From an uncultured Candidatus Binatia bacterium (GTDB taxonomy: Bacteria > Desulfobacterota > Binatia > Bin18), in the NCBI GenBank assembly GCA_965200965.1, contig OZ241744.1:1696001-1760000 (forward strand): 64,000 bases of DNA. The letters run 5' to 3'. This document shows positions 41,145 to 51,076 of this stretch, one piece after another. Position numbers and translations under genes: made by a program. The notes under the pieces are model-generated. The model had not been told where the DNA came from. It saw only the letters and a program-made list of their open reading frames with translations, and searched no databases. Numbering within the stretch: position 1 is the stretch's first letter; every line of letters begins with the position of its first letter.

Positions 41145-42083
41145 ATGCCAGGACGTGAAGCTATTCCACGGGTCAGCAACTGGGGCCGCTGGGGTAAGGA
41201 CGACGAAAAAGGCACCGCCAATTTCATCACCCCGGAGGTGATTGTCGCCGCCGCCCGGCTGGTCAAAAAAGGCGCGGTTTTCTGCTGCTGTATTCCGATT
41301 GACCAGAACGGCCCGGTCTTTCCGACCCGCACCCCGCCGCAGCGTTTTATGTCGATTCTGAACGTGCCTGTCAGCGAGGTCGGGCTGGCCGGCTCGGCGA
41401 TTGCCAACGACGACTACATCACCATGTATCTTCAGGGCTCAACCCAGTGGGACAGCCTGGCCCATGTCGGCTACGACGGCACGTTCTACAACAACGCCGA
41501 CACCAGCACCGTCACCGCCCACGGCGGAGCGGCCAGAAACGACATCGGCAAGCTGTACCAGTCGTTTGTCACCCGTGGCGTGCTGCTCGACATGGTGCGC
41601 TACAAGGGCTGCGAAGCGGACGGCCACCTGCCCAGGGACTACCCGATTACCATCGCCGACCTTGACGGCTGCTGCCAGGCCCAGGGCGTTGAGGTCAGAA
41701 GCGGGGACGCCCTGTGTGTTCGCACCGGCTGGGTTCCGTACTGGTACACGCTGGAGACCGCGGAGGACAAGGACACCTATTTTCACGCCCAGCCGGGCCT
41801 GTCGGTAGCAACCGCGGAGTGGGTGTATCGCAAAGAGATCGCGTGCATCGCCGTGGACAATATCGCCGTTGAGCGCCTGCCCTCAGAAGTGGACGGCGAG
41901 TTCATCCCCTTCCATCAGGTCGCCATTCGGGACCTAGGTCTGACGCTGGGCGAGATCTTCACCTTTGAGGAACTGGCCAAGGACTGCGCGGCTGACGGTG
42001 TGTACGAGTTCCTGTGGGTCGCCCCGCCGCTGCACATCCCCAACGCAGTTGGCAGCCCCCTCAACCCCCTGGCGGTTAAATGA
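41145..42083 (+). CDS. Cyclase family metal hydrolase (kynurenine formamidase-like)
   Basis: SNWGRWG.DDE.GT.N, TQWDSLAH, RGVLLD, GSPLNPLAVK. Confidence 0.9.
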   Translation: MPGREAIPRVSNWGRWGKDDEKGTANFITPEVIVAAARLVKKGAVFCCCIPIDQNGPVFPTRTPPQRFMSILNVPVSEVGLAGSAIANDDYITMYLQGSTQWDSLAHVGYDGTFYNNADTSTVTAHGGAARNDIGKLYQSFVTRGVLLDMVRYKGCEADGHLPRDYPITIADLDGCCQAQGVEVRSGDALCVRTGWVPYWYTLETAEDKDTYFHAQPGLSVATAEWVYRKEIACIAVDNIAVERLPSEVDGEFIPFHQVAIRDLGLTLGEIFTFEELAKDCAADGVYEFLWVAPPLHIPNAVGSPLNPLAVK

Positions 42084-42219
42084 GGAGACGGGGGTGCGTG
42101 ACGCCCGCCCTTAGAGTCGTAGGAGAAAATGATTTATGAACAAGAAATGAAGAAGCGCTTTTTGACCTTGCTGACTATGCGCTCTATGTGGCAAGCGTGA
42201 GGAACGCCGATTGAGCCGG

Positions 42220-43218
42220 CTATGAGTCTATGGGCAGACTTTTATACGCCGCCCGCTCCTCCAGTACCCTGTCAATTCCAGTCATCCATTCCAAATCTCT
42301 TCCAATAACGAGTTCGGTCATTGCCGCGTGGTGGGTATTTTTCATGGAGATAGGCTTCGCCGCAAGGCCGTGTTTTCTCGCAAGCTCTCTCACTTCTTCT
42401 GCGTTGTCGTAGGTCATAATAAAATCGCCTTTTATTTTCTCACACCCCGCGAAAAGAGTTTCGTGATCTAATTCAAAATGCGTATACAGGCGGCTTCCCG
42501 CTTTCTTGCCGCCGGCCGTATAGGGAGGATCGATAAAAAAGACGACCTCTTTGTTATCTTTGTATTGTTCCAATGTCTGAAAGGCGTCTCTGTGCTCAAA
42601 AAACAACCTGTCCCGCGTCAGGTGAATCTCTCGCAGACGCTTGGCAAGCGTAGCAGGATACCAGCGTGAAAGAACGCCTTTCCCCGCTTCTCCGTTTTTC
42701 AGAAATCCGGCTCCCGACGCCAGAATCCCCCCGTGAAATGTCCGGTTTTTTATGATGGTTTGAAAAGCCCTCTCTTTCATCAATTTTCTCTTTGCATTGA
42801 TCTCGCTAAGAGCGTTCTCTTTCGACATTTCAAAATTGAGTATTCTCGAGGCGAGCCATTCTGCTTCCCCATCAATAAGGGTCTGCCACACGGCCGCGAT
42901 CTCCTCATCAAGCTCAACCATCAACGCGGCTTCAACCAGGTTTTCAAAAACTGCTGTTAAAGAAACGATACCGCCGCCGGCAAAAAGTTCAATCAAAAGA
43001 TTCGGACGCTTTGGTTGGCTGCACAGCCACTCCCGAAGACGAGGAACAAACCAAGTCTTACCGCCCGGATAGCGAAATGGACTTCGCTGGGGAACAGACG
43101 CAACATTCACCGCCTTCATACCCGGCAAGGGTCCGGCCACCTCAGGAGAAGTCTCAAGCTCAGCCAAAGGTTCCGCGGCTTCACCGAACAGCGATTTTTG
43201 CATGGAACTATGCCCCAA
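42220..43218 (-). CDS. D12-class (Dam-like) N6-adenine DNA methyltransferase
   Basis: SPFRYPGGK, ELFAGGG, FIDPPY; visibly lower GC than the flanks. Confidence 0.92.
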   Translation of the reverse strand: MGHSSMQKSLFGEAAEPLAELETSPEVAGPLPGMKAVNVASVPQRSPFRYPGGKTWFVPRLREWLCSQPKRPNLLIELFAGGGIVSLTAVFENLVEAALMVELDEEIAAVWQTLIDGEAEWLASRILNFEMSKENALSEINAKRKLMKERAFQTIIKNRTFHGGILASGAGFLKNGEAGKGVLSRWYPATLAKRLREIHLTRDRLFFEHRDAFQTLEQYKDNKEVVFFIDPPYTAGGKKAGSRLYTHFELDHETLFAGCEKIKGDFIMTYDNAEEVRELARKHGLAAKPISMKNTHHAAMTELVIGRDLEWMTGIDRVLEERAAYKSLPIDS

Positions 43219-44095
43219 GCGAGCCTTCGTTGGTTGGTGTAGAGGGCTGTTTTTGGTCCACCTTTGACTGAAGCAATTTCACAAAATTCTCAACCCTGCC
43301 AACCCTCGGCCGGGTTATCGTGTTCAAAGCCTCTGAGAATTTTGTATAGACGACCCTAGTTTTTGTCAAGTTATATCTGGGGGCTGCAAGGTCGAGAACA
43401 AGGGCATACACCAGCCAAGCCACTTCAGCCTCAGATTTTGCCACTTCTTCCAAAGCGGGGAGGGTATTGAAGAAAGAATGGTCTAAAGCGACCGCCATTT
43501 TCTTCTTCCAAGCGTGAAGAATTCCGCCCTTAAACATCAGTTGAGGGGCTAAGCGTTTTCGAGACGATGACAGAAAGTCAGGACGGGGAGAGTTGGGGTG
43601 ATCTGTCCAGTCCATTGAGGCATTCGCCCGGCAATCCGACATGTAATGCGAGAATGGCTCTCGTACATTTCCAGAAATGTAAACAGCCTGAATCTCTAAG
43701 GAGCCAAAGTCGTATACCCTTCCATTATGGTCATAAGCAGCTAACACCAAGTCAATATTCCCGGCAGACTTCCCATCAGAATCAGCCAGTCTTACCTCGG
43801 TCAACGGAGTCCAGGCAGTTCCTTCAGGGAAGAAGAAATCCGCAGCATCAGCGACGACACGCCAATTTTCACGAAATCGGATTGGACAGGTAATGACCGC
43901 GCTGTCCCGGTGGGAAATGCTACAGACCCCGAGGGGATCTTTCGCCTTGTCCTTGGTGCAAGCCGGAACCTTATTGTTGAATGGACAAAGTTTGTTCCCC
44001 CGATGGAGTATTGCCTGCGGACTAAAATCTGTCGGCAAATGGCCGAAAACCTCCGCTAAGGGCCGATTTTCCTTTTGCATCTTTCCTCTGTCCAC
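43208..44095 (-). CDS. NotI-family type II restriction endonuclease
   Basis: CPF..C.K...GVCS...CP.RF metal-binding cysteines; EV...GNID..L; EIQAVYISG; RPD..SS..KRL.PQL. Confidence 0.82.
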   Translation of the reverse strand: MDRGKMQKENRPLAEVFGHLPTDFSPQAILHRGNKLCPFNNKVPACTKDKAKDPLGVCSISHRDSAVITCPIRFRENWRVVADAADFFFPEGTAWTPLTEVRLADSDGKSAGNIDLVLAAYDHNGRVYDFGSLEIQAVYISGNVREPFSHYMSDCRANASMDWTDHPNSPRPDFLSSSRKRLAPQLMFKGGILHAWKKKMAVALDHSFFNTLPALEEVAKSEAEVAWLVYALVLDLAAPRYNLTKTRVVYTKFSEALNTITRPRVGRVENFVKLLQSKVDQKQPSTPTNEGSLGA

Positions 44096-44105
44096 GGGGC
44101 AGGCC

Positions 44106-44945
44106 CTATCTGGCCAGTGCCCGCAGGCGGGTGATGCGCTCTTCCAGCGGCGGGTGGGTGCTGAAGAAGCGGGCCAGCGACTGACCGCTCAGCGGATTGA
44201 CAATAAAGAAATGCGCCGTCTGGGGCGAGGCGTGCACTGGCCGGCGCTCTGAGGCCAGCCCCAGCTTTGACAGTGCCGAGGCCAGACCCAGCGGGTCGCC
44301 GCTCATTGCCGCCCCGGTCCGGTCCGCGGCAAACTCGCGGGTGCGGGAGATCGCCATCTGAATAATCGTGGCCGCCAGCGGGGCCACAAAGGCCATGACC
44401 AGCATCCCGACCATGCCCCCGCCGTCCTCGTCGTCCTCACTCCGGCCCAGGCCGAAGATCGCCGCCCACTGGGCCATGTTGGCCAGCATCATAATCACCC
44501 CGGCCAGGGTGGCGGCGACCGAGCTGATCAGGATGTCGCGGTTTTTGACATGAGCCAGTTCATGGGCCAGCACCCCGGTCAGCTCGCGCTCGTCCATCAG
44601 CCGCAGAATGCCCTCGGTCACGGCCACCGCGGCGTGCCTGGGGTCACGGCCGGTCGCAAAGGCGTTGGCCCCCTCGTCCGGAATGACATACAGCTTGGGC
44701 ATTGGCAGCCCGGCCCGCACGGTCAGGTTGTGGACGATCCGATGCAACTGCGGTGCCTGGGCCTCATTCACCTCCTGCGCCCTGTACATGCGCAGCACAA
44801 TTCTGTCCGAGAACCAGTAACTGCCGAAGTTCATCACAACGGCAAAGAGAAAGGCGATCACCAGACCGCCCTGACCGCCCATGTACTGGCCAAACAGCAG
44901 GATCAAGCCGGTCAGCGTACCCAACAGCATGGTTGTTCGCAGCAT
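44106..44945 (-). CDS. htpX: Zinc metalloprotease HtpX
   Basis: [26 protein letters not shown]. Confidence 0.96.
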   Translation of the reverse strand: MLRTTMLLGTLTGLILLFGQYMGGQGGLVIAFLFAVVMNFGSYWFSDRIVLRMYRAQEVNEAQAPQLHRIVHNLTVRAGLPMPKLYVIPDEGANAFATGRDPRHAAVAVTEGILRLMDERELTGVLAHELAHVKNRDILISSVAATLAGVIMMLANMAQWAAIFGLGRSEDDEDGGGMVGMLVMAFVAPLAATIIQMAISRTREFAADRTGAAMSGDPLGLASALSKLGLASERRPVHASPQTAHFFIVNPLSGQSLARFFSTHPPLEERITRLRALAR

Positions 44946-44991
44946 ACAGTCTCCTTCCTTGTCACTACGGTAAGACCGCCCCCCGGGGCTG

Positions 44992-45915
44992 TCAACTCGG
45001 CAGAAAGCGGCTCGTCAGCAGGCCCAGGATCAGCAAGGCTCCGTAGGCCAGGTGGAGCTGGGCGGACCGGGCGTCAATATCCCGGTCTTTGAGTTCCCCG
45101 GTCTGAAAGATCGTCCGCACCACCGGCACGGCCAGACCCACGGCCAGCAGGGTCAGCAGCACCGGCCACGGCGCAGAGCCGAACGCCACCAGCCCGACCG
45201 TCAGCACAAAAGCGCCGTATACCAGACCGGCCATCTCCCAGTTGGCCGCCCGCCGGCCAATGACGGTCGCCAGGGTGTTTTTGCCGTGCCCCCGGTCGGC
45301 CTCAATATCACGGATATTATTGGCCTGGAGGATCGCCGCCACCAGACAGCCGACCGGCAGCGACATCAGCAGCGGGGCCAGGGCGAAGGTCTCGCGCTGC
45401 ACATAATACGCGCCCATGATGATGACCGGCCCCATGAAGAGAAAAACGGTCGCTTCGCCCAAGGTGATGTAGGCCAGCGACAGCGGGTTGGCGGTATAAA
45501 AATAGCCGGCCAGCACACTCAGCAGCCCCAGGGCCAGGATCGGCCAGCCGCACAGCGCGACCAGGATGAGGCCACACAGGCTGCCCACCCCAAAGCTCAC
45601 AATCCCGCCCCAGTACACCTGCCCGGCCGACAGCAGCCGGCGTTGAATCACCTGGCTGCCGCTCTTGGACTCCAGGGTATCAACCCCGCTCTGGTGATCG
45701 TAGTAATCGTTAATCATATTGGTCCCAATGTGGATACACAGCGAACCGGACAGGGCCAGGAAAAAGCGCCCCCACCAGAAGGTGCCGTCGAGCGCACCGA
45801 GCACCGAGCCGATGAGGACCGGGGTCAGTGAGGCGGTAAACGAGAAGGGACGGCTGGCGGCAATCCAGCTCTGGACAGAACCCGGCCCGGGACCGGCAGG
45901 AAGGGTGCGGGACAT
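44992..45915 (-). CDS. menA: 1,4-dihydroxy-2-naphthoate prenyltransferase (UbiA family)
   Basis: [25 protein letters not shown]...GKNTLA. Confidence 0.88.
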   Translation of the reverse strand: MSRTLPAGPGPGSVQSWIAASRPFSFTASLTPVLIGSVLGALDGTFWWGRFFLALSGSLCIHIGTNMINDYYDHQSGVDTLESKSGSQVIQRRLLSAGQVYWGGIVSFGVGSLCGLILVALCGWPILALGLLSVLAGYFYTANPLSLAYITLGEATVFLFMGPVIIMGAYYVQRETFALAPLLMSLPVGCLVAAILQANNIRDIEADRGHGKNTLATVIGRRAANWEMAGLVYGAFVLTVGLVAFGSAPWPVLLTLLAVGLAVPVVRTIFQTGELKDRDIDARSAQLHLAYGALLILGLLTSRFLPS

Positions 45916-46049
45916 GACGGCCTCCTTGTCGGGCCTATTATGGGCGTGTTGCCGTGGGGGAGTCAAACGGCCCCGCGGCACTGCTGAACGGCTTGCCCGC
46001 CTGGAGTTGGCCGGCTACACCCTCGACTGACTGAAAGGAGGACTGAGAT

Positions 46050-46505
46050 ATGGCAACGGAAGAAATCGGCCGTCTGGATCACATTGGCATTGCCGTCCAC
46101 AGCATTGACCGGGCGCGGCTCTTTTTTGAAGAGGTGCTGGGCGCGCGGTTTCGTTTTCTCAGGACATCCCGCGACGGCAGTTTCCGGTTTGCGGTCTTTG
46201 ACCTGCACGACTTCACCCTTGAGTTGATTGAGCCGGTCACTGAAGACAGCTTTTTGACCAGGTATCTGGAAAAAAGGGGCGAAGGTGTCCACCACCTCAC
46301 CGTGCAGACCCCGGACCTGAAAAAGAAGGTCGCCGGCTTAGAGGCACAAGGGCTGCGGGTGGTGGATAAACACCTGGACGGACCCGATTTTCTCGAGGCG
46401 TTTATCTCGCCCAGGAACGCCTGCGGCGTGCTGTTCCAGTTGGCTGAGACCTGTCCGCCGCTGGATAATGCGCCGTACTGGCACAATGAGCAGGATGAAC
46501 CGTAG
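46050..46505 (+). CDS. VOC-family protein (methylmalonyl-CoA epimerase-like)
   Basis: LDHIGIAV, LELIEP, GEGVHHL, GVL.QL.E. Confidence 0.85.
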   Translation: MATEEIGRLDHIGIAVHSIDRARLFFEEVLGARFRFLRTSRDGSFRFAVFDLHDFTLELIEPVTEDSFLTRYLEKRGEGVHHLTVQTPDLKKKVAGLEAQGLRVVDKHLDGPDFLEAFISPRNACGVLFQLAETCPPLDNAPYWHNEQDEP

Positions 46506-46559
46506 GTCACGGCTCAAGCGACCTGGCAGCCCGGCGTATGGTGTGATAGCTACAGGGCC

Positions 46560-48104
46560 GTGAATGTGGCGGCACAGCAGGGCAGTCGGGGCAATGTCAG
46601 CGGCTTTGGGCTGGATATCAACGGCCCGGTCTTTCTGATTTCGTCCCTGACCATCCTGGTCTTTATTGCCGGGGCGCTGACCTTTCAGCAGGGCGCGACC
46701 GAGGTCTTTGGCGCGGTCCGGCTGTGGCTTACCACCCGCTGTGACTGGGTGTTCATGCTGAGCGTCAACATTGTGCTGCTGTTCTGCCTGTTTGTGATTG
46801 TCTCGCCGCTGGGCCGGATACGCCTCGGCGGCCACGCAGCGCGGCCCGCATACTCCAACCTGAGCTGGTTCGCCATGCTGTTTGCCGCGGGGATAGGCAT
46901 CGGCCTGATGTTCTTTGGCGTGCTGGAGCCGGTCTATTTCTTTCAGCATCCGCCGCTCGGCGTGGCCGCGACCCCGACCGAGGCGGTGCGCGCCCTGGGC
47001 ATTGCCGGGGCGGCTTTTCACTGGGGGCTGCACGGCTGGGCGATCTATGGGCTGGTGGGCCTGACCCTGGCCTTTTTCAGCTACAACCGGGGTTTGCCGC
47101 TGACCGTCCGCTCGGCCTTCTACCCGCTGCTGGGCGAGCGGGTGTGGGGGTGGCCCGGGCACACGGTCGATACCCTGGCCGTGTTTTCCACCGTGTTCGG
47201 GCTGGCGACCTCACTCGGCCTGGGTGTTGAGCAGCTCACGGCCGGGCTCAACTATCTGTTCGGCACACCCGCGGTCGGGGCGACCAAGGTGGCGCTGATC
47301 GGGCTGATCACCGCCACCGCCCTGGTCTCGGTGCTGACCGGGCTTGACGTGGGCATCAAGCGCCTCAGTCAGCTCAACCTGCTCATGGCGGTCGGGCTGA
47401 TACTGTTCATCATCACCGTTGGCCCGACCCTGGCGATAGGCGCGAGCGTCCTCAGCGGGCTGGGCACCTATGTGGTCAACATTCTGCCGCTCAGCAATTG
47501 GATAGGCCGCTCGGACACCGATTTTCTGCACAACTGGACCACCTTCTACTGGGCGTGGTGGATCGCCTGGTCGCCGTCGGTCGGCATTTTCATTGCCCGC
47601 ATCTCACGCGGTCGCACCGTCCGCGAGTTCATGATCGGCGTGTTGCTCGTGCCGACCCTGTTCAGCGTGGTGTGGATGAGTGCCTTTGGCGGCACCGCCA
47701 TCGAGCAGTTCATGGCCGACGGCTACACCGGCGTCACGGCCGCGGTCAGCGCCAACCGGCCGGAACTGTCGCTGTTCAAGATGTTCGAGCCGCTGCCGCT
47801 GACCGGGCTGCTGTCCCTGGTCAGCATCGTCCTGGTGGTCATCTTTTTTGTCACCTCCGCGGATTCGGGCGCGCTGGTGGTCGATACCCTGGCCGCCGGC
47901 GGCAAGGTGGATACGCCGGTCGCGCAGCGGGTGTTCTGGTGTGTGAGCGTGGGGCTGGTGGCCACCGCCCTGCTGCTCGGCGGGGGGCTGGACTCCTTGC
48001 GGGCCGCCGCGCTCGCCACCGGCTTTCCGCTTGCGTTTGTACTCATCGGCATGGCGGTCAGCGTGTATCGGGGCTTATCGGGATTTCAGGAGGCCCGGGA
48101 CTGA
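46560..48104 (+). CDS. BCCT family transporter
   Basis: SWFAMLFAAGIGIGL, FHWG.H.W, WT.FYWAWW.AWSP.VG.FIARISRGRT, FFVTSADSG. Confidence 0.95.
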   Translation: MNVAAQQGSRGNVSGFGLDINGPVFLISSLTILVFIAGALTFQQGATEVFGAVRLWLTTRCDWVFMLSVNIVLLFCLFVIVSPLGRIRLGGHAARPAYSNLSWFAMLFAAGIGIGLMFFGVLEPVYFFQHPPLGVAATPTEAVRALGIAGAAFHWGLHGWAIYGLVGLTLAFFSYNRGLPLTVRSAFYPLLGERVWGWPGHTVDTLAVFSTVFGLATSLGLGVEQLTAGLNYLFGTPAVGATKVALIGLITATALVSVLTGLDVGIKRLSQLNLLMAVGLILFIITVGPTLAIGASVLSGLGTYVVNILPLSNWIGRSDTDFLHNWTTFYWAWWIAWSPSVGIFIARISRGRTVREFMIGVLLVPTLFSVVWMSAFGGTAIEQFMADGYTGVTAAVSANRPELSLFKMFEPLPLTGLLSLVSIVLVVIFFVTSADSGALVVDTLAAGGKVDTPVAQRVFWCVSVGLVATALLLGGGLDSLRAAALATGFPLAFVLIGMAVSVYRGLSGFQEARD

Positions 48105-48154
48105 GCAGGATGGAGGAGGGGGGACGACACGCCCGCGCTGGAACAAGCCGCTCT

Positions 48155-48184
48155 GCCGGATTACGCTTCGCTCATCCGCTCTAC
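48155..48184 (-). repeat. GTAG-type REP palindrome forming the 3' end of the ParA gene
   Basis: Minus strand GTAGAGCGGATGAGCGAAGCGTAATCCGGC, homologous to the REPs at 52611 and 54730; it encodes VERMSEA*. Confidence 0.8.
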
Positions 48185-49177
48185 CCTCTCGAGAATCTTC
48201 CGCGCCAGCAGCTCGAAATCCCGCCGTGCATCAGTCGCAGCCGCGGCATGGCTGCCAATCGCGCCGTCAGCCGAAGTCAGATGAAAAATGGGCTTGCGCG
48301 CTTCCTGCGCCAGTGGCACGAGGCTGCGGTAGTGCCTGACGGTAGCCAGGGCGTGTTCTCCATCCTGGTGCGGCGTCTCGGGATACGGACCGCAGCTATC
48401 CCCCAACAGGCTGCGGGCGTATTCCCGCGGCATGCGATTGACCCACTTGTCATACGCTCTGACGGGGCGGTCCAGGCGCACGCTGTGCTGTTGCACCACA
48501 TAGCCGATGGGCCGCATTGTTCCGTCCGGCAGCAGAAAGTCCGGTTGCTGCCAGTTATCCTTTCGTTTTTCCCAGTCCCCCCGCCAGCGGTTGAGGGTCG
48601 GGCCGAGATTGCGCAGACCCTGGAGTGAGAACAGGTCCGCGCCCAGCGGAACAACGATGTAGTCGGTTGCGATCAAGGCCGAGCGATTAATCGCGCCCAG
48701 ATTGGGGCCGACATCGGCCAGGATGACATCGGCCTGCATCTGCTCAGCCCCGGCCTGCATGACGGTCGAGAAGGCGGTCAAAATGCGGAAGGGACGGTGG
48801 AGGAGGGTAGAGCCCAAGGCGTTGGGCCATTCCGCGGACAGGGTATCTTCAAAACCGGCCAGGGCCAGGTCGCCCCGTATCAGGTACAGATCGGGGGGGG
48901 CGACCGGCGTGAGCTGCGGCGGCTTGAGGTCGCCCACTTTCGTCAGCGGTAAGACACAGCGCAAAATGGTGTTCGCAGACGTGTCGTCGTCTGTGTCCCA
49001 GAGTGTTTCCAGATGCTCTTCATCCAGAAAAGCGGCAGTGAGGTTCGCCTGCGGGTCAAGGTCACAGGCCAGCACCCGATGCCCCATGTCGGACAGCATC
49101 CAGGCCAGATGATAGACCAGCGATGTTTTACCTACGCCCCCCTTGTTGTTGAAAAAAGTCAGGACAGGCGCGGTCAT
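48161..49177 (-). CDS. ParA/Soj-family ATPase (orphan, no parB)
   Basis: FFNNKGGVGKT deviant Walker A, DLDPQANLT, D.GPNLG. Confidence 0.9.
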   Translation of the reverse strand: MTAPVLTFFNNKGGVGKTSLVYHLAWMLSDMGHRVLACDLDPQANLTAAFLDEEHLETLWDTDDDTSANTILRCVLPLTKVGDLKPPQLTPVAPPDLYLIRGDLALAGFEDTLSAEWPNALGSTLLHRPFRILTAFSTVMQAGAEQMQADVILADVGPNLGAINRSALIATDYIVVPLGADLFSLQGLRNLGPTLNRWRGDWEKRKDNWQQPDFLLPDGTMRPIGYVVQQHSVRLDRPVRAYDKWVNRMPREYARSLLGDSCGPYPETPHQDGEHALATVRHYRSLVPLAQEARKPIFHLTSADGAIGSHAAAATDARRDFELLARKILERVERMSEA

Positions 49178-50391
49178 TGTGCCAGCCTCCCGGCGCGTAT
49201 CGTTATCCGCACAAAGTTGGGAGAAACATCAAACTCAGGTTCTGCGTGTCCCGCGGCCGCCAGGCGCTGCCTGGCCAGGGATATGCCAATGCCAAAACGC
49301 TGAACAAACCCGAGGGTTTTCATGGCGTCTGCCAGGTTGGGGTTGCGATAATCGACTACTCCCGGCTCCCCGAACCGCTCAGCCGTTACCACTCCGAACG
49401 CGCCGCCGGGACTCATTACTTCGATACGGTCATTGAACCAGTAGACATGCACCGGCGCGTTGGTGGCTTCGTATGTCCTGTGCATCAGCGCGTTACGCAC
49501 GAACTGCCGCAAGGCTTCCAGGGGGTAGTGCGCGGTGCGGTGTTCAACAGGGCCGCTTGTGACATCGACTGCCACGCGATTATGCGCTGTGAGTTTTTCT
49601 TCGAGCTGGCGAAGCAGGTCTGGAAGCGCGCCGCGTATCTCTTGGGCATCAAGTATGTCATCGGCATGGCTCGTCCCGTGTATCCTGAGAAATTGTACAT
49701 ACGCGCCCGGCAGAAAATCCTGCGGGCTTTTGCCGATCGCCAGCAGGCCCAGCACGGTCGCGGTGGGCTGGTCGGCAGCAACGATCATTTTTGTCGCGGC
49801 CAGTTGCTCGTTGAGACTGCGGGCATTGGCGGCCAGCATCTCGTCGGAAAATGCCCGGACCAGGTATTCGTTCGTGAACTGGGTCAGGTTGAGGTCTGCC
49901 AGACCGGCCGGAGGAACAGGCTGGATGTCAAAGGGACGGTCGCCAGACCGCCGTTTTTCGTTGAGTATCCTTTCATCCTGTGCCGTGGCGATACCGCGGC
50001 GCGAGCCAGTGCGGATACAGATAGCGCCTTTGCAGCGCACCGGCGGTGAGTCGGAGGGTTCCACCACAACAAGCGCAAGCTCCTTGCCGTGCAGCCGGCG
50101 CTTTTCCACGCTGAGCGAGGGCGGGGGCAGGATCGTGCCGTCGGTTTTCATGTCGGCCAACTGCCGGAGCAACTGGTCAGTCACAGACAGCCCGCACGAG
50201 GTGCCATTGTCTCGTACCCCGATGAACACAAAACCGGGCGCTCTGTGGTCGGGCAAGTCATTGGCAAAGGCGCAGATGGCTTGTCTGATCCTTGAAGCGA
50301 CGCGCTCGGAGAACGCCTCCTTGAACTCGACGCGGTCGGCTTCTCCAGCCGTGATGATCTCCAGCACCTCGGTATCGGTGAACTGCCGCAT
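49174..50391 (-). CDS. Schlafen/AlbA_2 domain plus HATPase_c_4 protein
   Basis: GEADRVEFKE, ICAFAND...G.VFIGV.D.G; ALRQ.V.NALMHR.Y, DRIEV.SPG, RNP.LA, QRFG.GI. Confidence 0.88.
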   Translation of the reverse strand: MRQFTDTEVLEIITAGEADRVEFKEAFSERVASRIRQAICAFANDLPDHRAPGFVFIGVRDNGTSCGLSVTDQLLRQLADMKTDGTILPPPSLSVEKRRLHGKELALVVVEPSDSPPVRCKGAICIRTGSRRGIATAQDERILNEKRRSGDRPFDIQPVPPAGLADLNLTQFTNEYLVRAFSDEMLAANARSLNEQLAATKMIVAADQPTATVLGLLAIGKSPQDFLPGAYVQFLRIHGTSHADDILDAQEIRGALPDLLRQLEEKLTAHNRVAVDVTSGPVEHRTAHYPLEALRQFVRNALMHRTYEATNAPVHVYWFNDRIEVMSPGGAFGVVTAERFGEPGVVDYRNPNLADAMKTLGFVQRFGIGISLARQRLAAAGHAEPEFDVSPNFVRITIRAGRLAQ

Positions 50392-50645
50392 GGCCGGCTC
50401 CGTTCATTCTGAGCCAGATGACGCCCGGGGGCTGGCCCGCCCGTCCTTTTCGCCAATCACGGGCAGCCCGGAATCACACCAATCACGGTTCAGACCGCCC
50501 TCGGTCGTCCTGACACGCGCCTTGACCGCGGCCCCAACTCCTCAACCGCCGTCCCGGGGGGCTCCTCGGGGGAGCTCAGAGCAAAGAAAGTGAGTGGGCA
50601 TGTCCTGTCTTTGAGCGGGGTCAACTGTGAACGGTATCACCGGGA

Positions 50646-50936
50646 TTATTCTGCTACTGTGACGTGTTCGTTTGCCCAGCGGGCGGGGAACGTCATGAAG
50701 CCCATAGCGGTGGTGAAAAATTCACCGGGGAGTTGGACGGTGATGGTCTCGCCGTCTATCTTCCTGATGATGCCACGAATGGAGCCGGCGGGCTTGTTGA
50801 CATGCCGGGCTTGGACAAACCCTGAAGACGGGCCGTTTTGGGTGGTAAGCGTCACCAGGTATTCGTCAGGAAACGCGCCGGTGCCGATGTGGCAGGGGAT
50901 ATTGACCGATTGTTCAAGCTGAAAGACCTTTGTCAC
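50646..50936 (-). CDS. Small hypothetical beta-rich protein
   Basis: 96 aa; GTG start preceded by AAGGAGGG; co-oriented with the island. Confidence 0.7.
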   Translation of the reverse strand: MTKVFQLEQSVNIPCHIGTGAFPDEYLVTLTTQNGPSSGFVQARHVNKPAGSIRGIIRKIDGETITVQLPGEFFTTAMGFMTFPARWANEHVTVAE

Positions 50937-50999
50937 TGTTTTGCCCTCCTTCGCAATGGCCCCGGGTGTATCGCGTCGGTGCTGGTCACTGCAAGCCCT

Positions 51000-51031
51000 G
51001 TAGGTCGGCTGAGCCGGCGGGCGTGAGCCGC
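51000..51031 (+). repeat. Single degenerate GTAG-type REP
   Basis: GTAGGTCGGCTGAGCCGGCGGGCGTGAGCCGC; shares the loop AGCCGGCGGGCGT with the REP at 52576. Confidence 0.7.
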
Positions 51032-51076
51032 TGGATCGCTCTGATCGTGGGGTTGTGCATGGGGTTCCTTCCTCAA

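Noticed and set aside
42103-42112. CCCGCCCTTA, matching part of the CRISPR repeat near the restriction-modification islet
   Set aside because: A 10-bp GC-rich match with no flanking similarity; plausible by chance.
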